Made by a program: the position numbers and the translations under genes
The notes under the pieces: generated by a model
Databases searched by the model: none
Told to the model about the DNA's origin: nothing
The model's input: only the letters and a program-made list of their open reading frames with translations
Origin: Endomicrobiales bacterium
GTDB lineage: Bacteria; Elusimicrobiota; Endomicrobiia; Endomicrobiales; CAWCFT01
Length of the DNA stretch: 64,000 nt
Assembly (NCBI GenBank): GCA_963794945.1
Contig: CAWCFT010000013.1
Span: forward strand, 1 to 64,000
Direction of reading: 5' to 3'
In this document: piece by piece, positions 63,403-64,000 of the stretch
How the letters are laid out: the number at the start of each line of letters is the position of its first letter
How positions within the stretch are numbered: the stretch's first letter is position 1

Positions 63403-63525
63403 TGAAAATAAGACGCTATAAGCTGTAAGTTGTAAGCTGAAAGAAGTGTCAAAATCAAAATAGAGTTTTTGTTTGTTGCTTAAAACTTATAGCTTACTGC
63501 TTAAAGCTAATAACAGGAGCATTCT

Positions 63526-63918
63526 ATGAAAAATGTAAACCACAAAGTGTTGTTCTCGTTAATTTTTGGAAGCTGTATGCTTTTGTCAGGGATCGTCTCG
63601 GCTGCCGACATGCCGGGAGCCTCAAGCCCTCTGGGAGGGTTCTTTCCGCTCATAATCATATTCGTGATTTTCTATTTCTTCCTCATACGCCCGCAGCAAA
63701 AAAAAGCCAAAGAACACCAGAACCTTATCAACGCATTGAAGAAAGATGATAAGATAATTACAAGCGGCGGCATCTATGGCACTGTAGCCGCGGTAAAAGG
63801 CGATGTGATCGAAGTCAAGATCGCTGAGAACGTCAAAGTCATGGTGGCAAAGACAGCGATAAGCACGGTAATACCGCCTGATGCTCCCGAAGTTGTGACG
63901 CCTGAAATTGTAAAATGA
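63526..63918 (+). CDS. yajC: Preprotein translocase subunit YajC
   Basis: FYFFLIRPQQKK; DKIITSGGIYG; follows tgt. Confidence 0.93.
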   Translation: MKNVNHKVLFSLIFGSCMLLSGIVSAADMPGASSPLGGFFPLIIIFVIFYFFLIRPQQKKAKEHQNLINALKKDDKIITSGGIYGTVAAVKGDVIEVKIAENVKVMVAKTAISTVIPPDAPEVVTPEIVK

Positions 63919-64000
63919 AATCGTTGAAATAAGTTTTATGATTTCGTCCTTGGATGTTTCTATCGAGGATCCGGATGTTTGTAAAACAATAACGATATCG

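Noticed and set aside
63946..63975. REP-like hairpin after yajC
   Set aside because: Imperfect and close to the window edge; no second copy is visible.
1..64000. CRISPR array, tRNA/rRNA genes, transposases, and long antisense ORFs such as 805..1629 and 45997..47037
   Set aside because: No repeat-spacer array, RNA gene or transposase motif was recognised. The antisense ORFs overlap well-supported genes and lack motifs.

Overview
64-kb bacterial window, almost all on the + strand, from an anaerobe-like organism. A PorV/UPF0164 barrel, a CTD-bearing secreted protein, SpoIID and heptamer intergenic repeats suggest Elusimicrobiota or a relative; this is inference only. (1) 1-20.8 kb is the outstanding region. 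A partial giant beta-helix/nucleotidyltransferase fusion is followed by 14 consecutive radical-SAM genes and a TPR protein. The 14 comprise 4 SPASM/twitch-type, 4 cobalamin-binding and 6 paralogs of one small rSAM family, arranged in a recurring A-Cbl-B module. No precursor peptide is visible. (2) 21-24.8 kb: Spy-like protein, PorV-like barrel and an M6 metalloprotease with a C-terminal sorting-like domain. (3) 25-34.2 kb: Fe-S, oxidative-stress and redox operon (IscU, TusA, FprA, SOR, PTS EI, Grx, TrxB, rubrerythrin, 2-oxoacid oxidoreductase, DsrE). (4) 34.6-52 kb: degenerate CheB, holin-like protein, PBP1A, sugar-phosphate enzymes, GAF/Crp/CHASE2-cyclase signalling around hisS, and an unknown membrane protein plus vWA lipoprotein pair. 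(5) 52-64 kb: housekeeping genes (yebC, ruvCAB, queH, queA, tgt, yajC) with small palindromic and heptameric repeats. About 15 genes, including hisS and ruvC, carry small frameshifts, most likely sequencing or assembly indels. All calls come from reading motifs by eye; no searches were run.
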